Assembly: GCA_008080735.1 (NCBI GenBank)
Contig: SHMW01000076.1
Span: 1 to 20,835, forward strand
DNA: 20,835 nt
Reading direction: 5' to 3'
Source: Promethearchaeota archaeon
GTDB taxonomy: Archaea > Asgardarchaeota > Lokiarchaeia > Sigyniarchaeales > SOKP01
The notes under the pieces were generated by a model. It was not told the origin of the DNA and did not search any database. It worked only from the letters and a program-made list of their open reading frames with translations. Made by a program: the position numbers and the translations under genes. The stretch's first letter is position 1. Every line of letters starts with the position of its first letter. This document shows, piece by piece, positions 17,791 through 20,835 of the stretch.

Positions 17791-19551
17791 TTAGACATAG
17801 TGTTTTTTTACGTATTTTTTTACTTTTTTTATTTCCTCAAGATATGTGTCTCTGTCTCCGAAGATATAAAATCTCACCTCTGGACCTGTACCTGATGGAC
17901 GGAAATATAATGTGGAGTCTTCACTTTTCAATTTATATATTTCGATGTTTTCGTTATTATCATATAAGGCTGTAATATGATATGTTTTCTCCCCAATCGC
18001 TATATCTTTCCCATCTTCCTTCTCGAAGTTCTCCATAATTGCTAACTTTTCCCGATCGGTCGCCTCTATAGTCTGATTTATTCCTTTGATGGACCAGTCA
18101 ATTGCATTTTTTATTATATACCCTCTACTAAGAAGCTCCGTCACCAATACTAACGCGGGAACGATATATTTATCTGCAATTAATGGGAGGGGTGTGCTAA
18201 ATTCATAGTTTTGGGTGTTTTTCTTCTTTTGAACATTCAATATGTTAAGTGTGTGTCCACCAGATTCTTCCCACATAACTACAATGAACCGAGCGTTTTC
18301 TAATCCTTCCGCCTCCATTTTTTTTATTATTTCATTCTTTAGAGGAGTGGGTTCTTTTATTTGAATTAATTGATTTCCATTTCCTTCCATATAGAGAATT
18401 GCGGAATCGATTTTAGATTGATCTACCTCCACACCGAATAGAAAATACAATATTACTCCAAGATGTTTATAACCCACGCCCGTCAGCACATTTAAAAAAC
18501 TGGTGTGATCGCCTCGTAAATCGGAAGGGATTGTGCGTACATTAATTATCTTTTGTTTAAACTCTTTTGCTAAAATATTATGAGTCGCAGAATAAATCTC
18601 ATTTGGGATATAATAAGAGAATTCCCCATTCTGCTTTACATAAAGCGCGATTCTGTCCCTATCCGCGTCGAGTAAAAGCGCAAGGTTTGAATCTGTTTCC
18701 TTCATAATTCGTTGAAGTTTTTGTTCTTTCACAACCTTTATTGGGTTTGGAGGGTTAAGATTTTCCTCAATTAAATGTACATTAGCACCGTAATCTCTAT
18801 AGAGTTTTATGATTCCTTCAGCTTTTCCTAAATAAGGCCATACGACAATATTCTCTCCTTCAAGGCTTCGAATATCGATGATCTTTGATAATAGTTCACG
18901 TACATAATCATTGTTCTTTTGAATCGCGTCGGTAAACTTTAGAGTATAATCTGTTTGCAGTTCTATCTGGTTTATCTTAAGAGCCTTTTTTGAAACATCT
19001 TTGAAAAGGTCTCCGGAAATGGGGATGGGATAATCTATATAGAACTTAATACCGTTCCAAGAGAGATCATTATGACTTGCGGTAAGCACGATAATGAGGT
19101 CTATTTCTTCATATAAAGCTACTGAGGCCGCCCCATAGGGAGATGATACTCTTGACTTCCCCGCTTCATCTTTTTGATGATAGATTTCATATCCTTGATA
19201 TGCGAAAATTTGAGATGAATAGTTCAGCAATATTTCGCTGCTCGGGCGATCATCAGTCACAATTAACACATTTAAGTTTTTATGCTCATCCATTTCCTTG
19301 AATTTCAAACTAATAGCCTTAAATACTCGGAGAAACAAGAATAATTTACCGCGTGTAAGTGAATAGGTAGTACCTTGACTTGATTTATCAATATCATAAA
19401 TTTGAATTCTCAATCCAGAAGTAGGGGCTACCATTGGATCAATAATACTTTTTTCCTCCTCGCTCAATTCTGGTAATTCGATAACCTTGATATTGCCGTC
19501 AATTTGTTTGAATTGAATACTCTCCACTTCAAAATCTATATTATCAATCAC
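17791..19551 (-). CDS. Alpha-D-phosphohexomutase (phosphoglucomutase/phosphomannomutase family)
   Basis: TSGLR, TASHN (phospho-Ser), NGIKF, DADRDR (metal loop), EESG (sugar loop), RPSGT (phosphate loop). Confidence 0.92.
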   Translation of the reverse strand: MIDNIDFEVESIQFKQIDGNIKVIELPELSEEEKSIIDPMVAPTSGLRIQIYDIDKSSQGTTYSLTRGKLFLFLRVFKAISLKFKEMDEHKNLNVLIVTDDRPSSEILLNYSSQIFAYQGYEIYHQKDEAGKSRVSSPYGAASVALYEEIDLIIVLTASHNDLSWNGIKFYIDYPIPISGDLFKDVSKKALKINQIELQTDYTLKFTDAIQKNNDYVRELLSKIIDIRSLEGENIVVWPYLGKAEGIIKLYRDYGANVHLIEENLNPPNPIKVVKEQKLQRIMKETDSNLALLLDADRDRIALYVKQNGEFSYYIPNEIYSATHNILAKEFKQKIINVRTIPSDLRGDHTSFLNVLTGVGYKHLGVILYFLFGVEVDQSKIDSAILYMEGNGNQLIQIKEPTPLKNEIIKKMEAEGLENARFIVVMWEESGGHTLNILNVQKKKNTQNYEFSTPLPLIADKYIVPALVLVTELLSRGYIIKNAIDWSIKGINQTIEATDREKLAIMENFEKEDGKDIAIGEKTYHITALYDNNENIEIYKLKSEDSTLYFRPSGTGPEVRFYIFGDRDTYLEEIKKVKKYVKKHYV

Positions 19552-19687
19552 TTTTTTTCCTTTAATAATTGTGTAAGAAGATATTATGAATATTACAAAT
19601 AGTTAAATGAGAAATAAAACCTTTCTTGTGTAATATTTTAAATAATCTTTCAAAAGAAATATAGGTAGGTTTATAGTAAATTCGAAT

Positions 19688-20572
19688 TTAGGAATCATTA
19701 AATTTCTTTTTTTCTATTTGATCAATCGCATCATTAAGAATTGCATGAATTTTTTCCCGATAGTTTTCATTGATGGCTATCATCCCATGAGTGGTAATTT
19801 GTCTTCCACCTTCGGATAGAATTTTTTCACAAAATTCAGGAGTCAAACGATTTGGTAAATCTTGCTTATTTGCTACTCCGATCACGAATGTGTCTTTATA
19901 ATATTTATCGAGAAGGTCTTGGATTATGCTTTTTGTCGAGTTGACATTTTCAAATGTCGAGTCTGTTACCAAGAGCGTAATGTCAGTACCCTCTAGGAGG
20001 TTTTTCCACAGACTTCTAAACTGTGATTGACCTGCAAAATCCCAAAATATAACGTTTCTGTTAGTTTTTATCCCTTTTCCGTCATAGGAACTGATGTCCG
20101 CATTTACCGTTGGCACATATTCAAGATCAATTTCCTTACCACAAATGAGGTGGAGAAGTGTAGTCTTTCCAACTCCGCCAAATCCAATAATACTCACTTT
20201 AATTGACCCCAAAATGATATTGTCTAAATCCTTCTCAAAGTCTAGAAAAAGCGATCGGTTTCCTGCCCAGCTCCCATCCTCGATCATCTCTCCGTATTTC
20301 TCTACAAATCTGGCTCTAATTGAGCTTATTTTAGTGTTGATTACCGCATCTTCTTCTTCTAAATCCGTACACACGACAATGATAATATTATTAATAATTG
20401 TATAATAATATTTGAAATCTTCAGTTGCCGTGCTCTTTATATCGGATTGGCTTATTTCTTTAATAAACCCAGAAAAGGCACTTAAAAAGCCAGCTAATAG
20501 ATCTCGATCTATCTCGGAATCACTATAATTTCTAAATACTAAGGATTTACCGTCCTTACTGAGGACATTCAC
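19688..20572 (-). CDS. Longin-domain / small GTPase (Arf/Rab-like) fusion; true start possibly 20584
   Basis: N-terminal ~120 aa with longin pattern (G..L..RNY, LLAGFLSAFSGF..E, three beta strands, F...Y, F..F...LD); G1 GFGGVGKTT, G2 YVPT, G3 WDFAGQ, G4 ANKQD. Confidence 0.9.
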   Translation of the reverse strand: MNVLSKDGKSLVFRNYSDSEIDRDLLAGFLSAFSGFIKEISQSDIKSTATEDFKYYYTIINNIIIVVCTDLEEEDAVINTKISSIRARFVEKYGEMIEDGSWAGNRSLFLDFEKDLDNIILGSIKVSIIGFGGVGKTTLLHLICGKEIDLEYVPTVNADISSYDGKGIKTNRNVIFWDFAGQSQFRSLWKNLLEGTDITLLVTDSTFENVNSTKSIIQDLLDKYYKDTFVIGVANKQDLPNRLTPEFCEKILSEGGRQITTHGMIAINENYREKIHAILNDAIDQIEKKKFNDS

Positions 20573-20835
20573 ATAATTTATGATGGTTTATCACTTACGT
20601 AGGATTTTTCTCGGATTAATCATGGATCGGATAAAGTCTTCTTGTTAAATCTATAATCGAACACTTGAATTTAAATTAACCTAATATAATTAATTTATTA
20701 AAAACAAATAAATTAACTTTTTTAGATGTTCCTATCACGTGATGAAAAAAGGAAAAGTAAACATGAATTCGGTGAGTGATGATTATTGACGGAAAATGAT
20801 GATAATGTGAAAGAAGAGTACAGCACTCAAGATAT

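Noticed and set aside
20094-20405. 103 aa plus-strand ORF
   Set aside because: Antisense to the longin-GTPase.
20600-20835. Possible partial gene at the right edge
   Set aside because: Only short open frames on both strands; nothing supportable.
1-20835. CRISPR arrays, tRNA or rRNA genes
   Set aside because: No spaced direct repeats or GC-rich structured RNA segments noticed by eye; intergenic regions are short and AT-rich.

Overview
AT-rich, densely coding archaeal chromosomal segment, most likely from an Asgard archaeon (Lokiarchaeia/Promethearchaeota-like). This is inferred from two small GTPases with eukaryote-like features (one longin-fused, one Rag-like with a Zn finger), an ESCRT-II (EAP30)-like protein, a short XPF, an archaeal ADH synthase and a multi-PAS histidine kinase. 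Sixteen credible CDSs: nadB, an MFS transporter, a HEPN-MNT toxin-antitoxin pair, a UvrD/PcrA helicase, an aroA'-type aldolase, a subtilase, a PAS histidine kinase, a YdjM-like hydrolase, a CPBP/Abi protein, XPF, a Zn-finger GTPase, an acyl-CoA dehydrogenase, a membrane-anchored tandem EAP30 protein, a phosphohexomutase and a longin-GTPase. I see no rRNA, tRNA, CRISPR array or transposase. Best leads: (1) a single-pass membrane protein with two Vps22/Vps36-like winged-helix tandems, like a tethered single-chain ESCRT-II core; (2) a UvrD helicase ending in GFCTADEL, a close mimic of the RadA/Rad51 FxxA polymerisation motif, suggesting an Srs2-like anti-recombinase; (3) a Zn-finger-fused Rag-like GTPase lacking the catalytic Gln. 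All family assignments come from reading motifs by eye against recalled consensus sequences; no searches were run.
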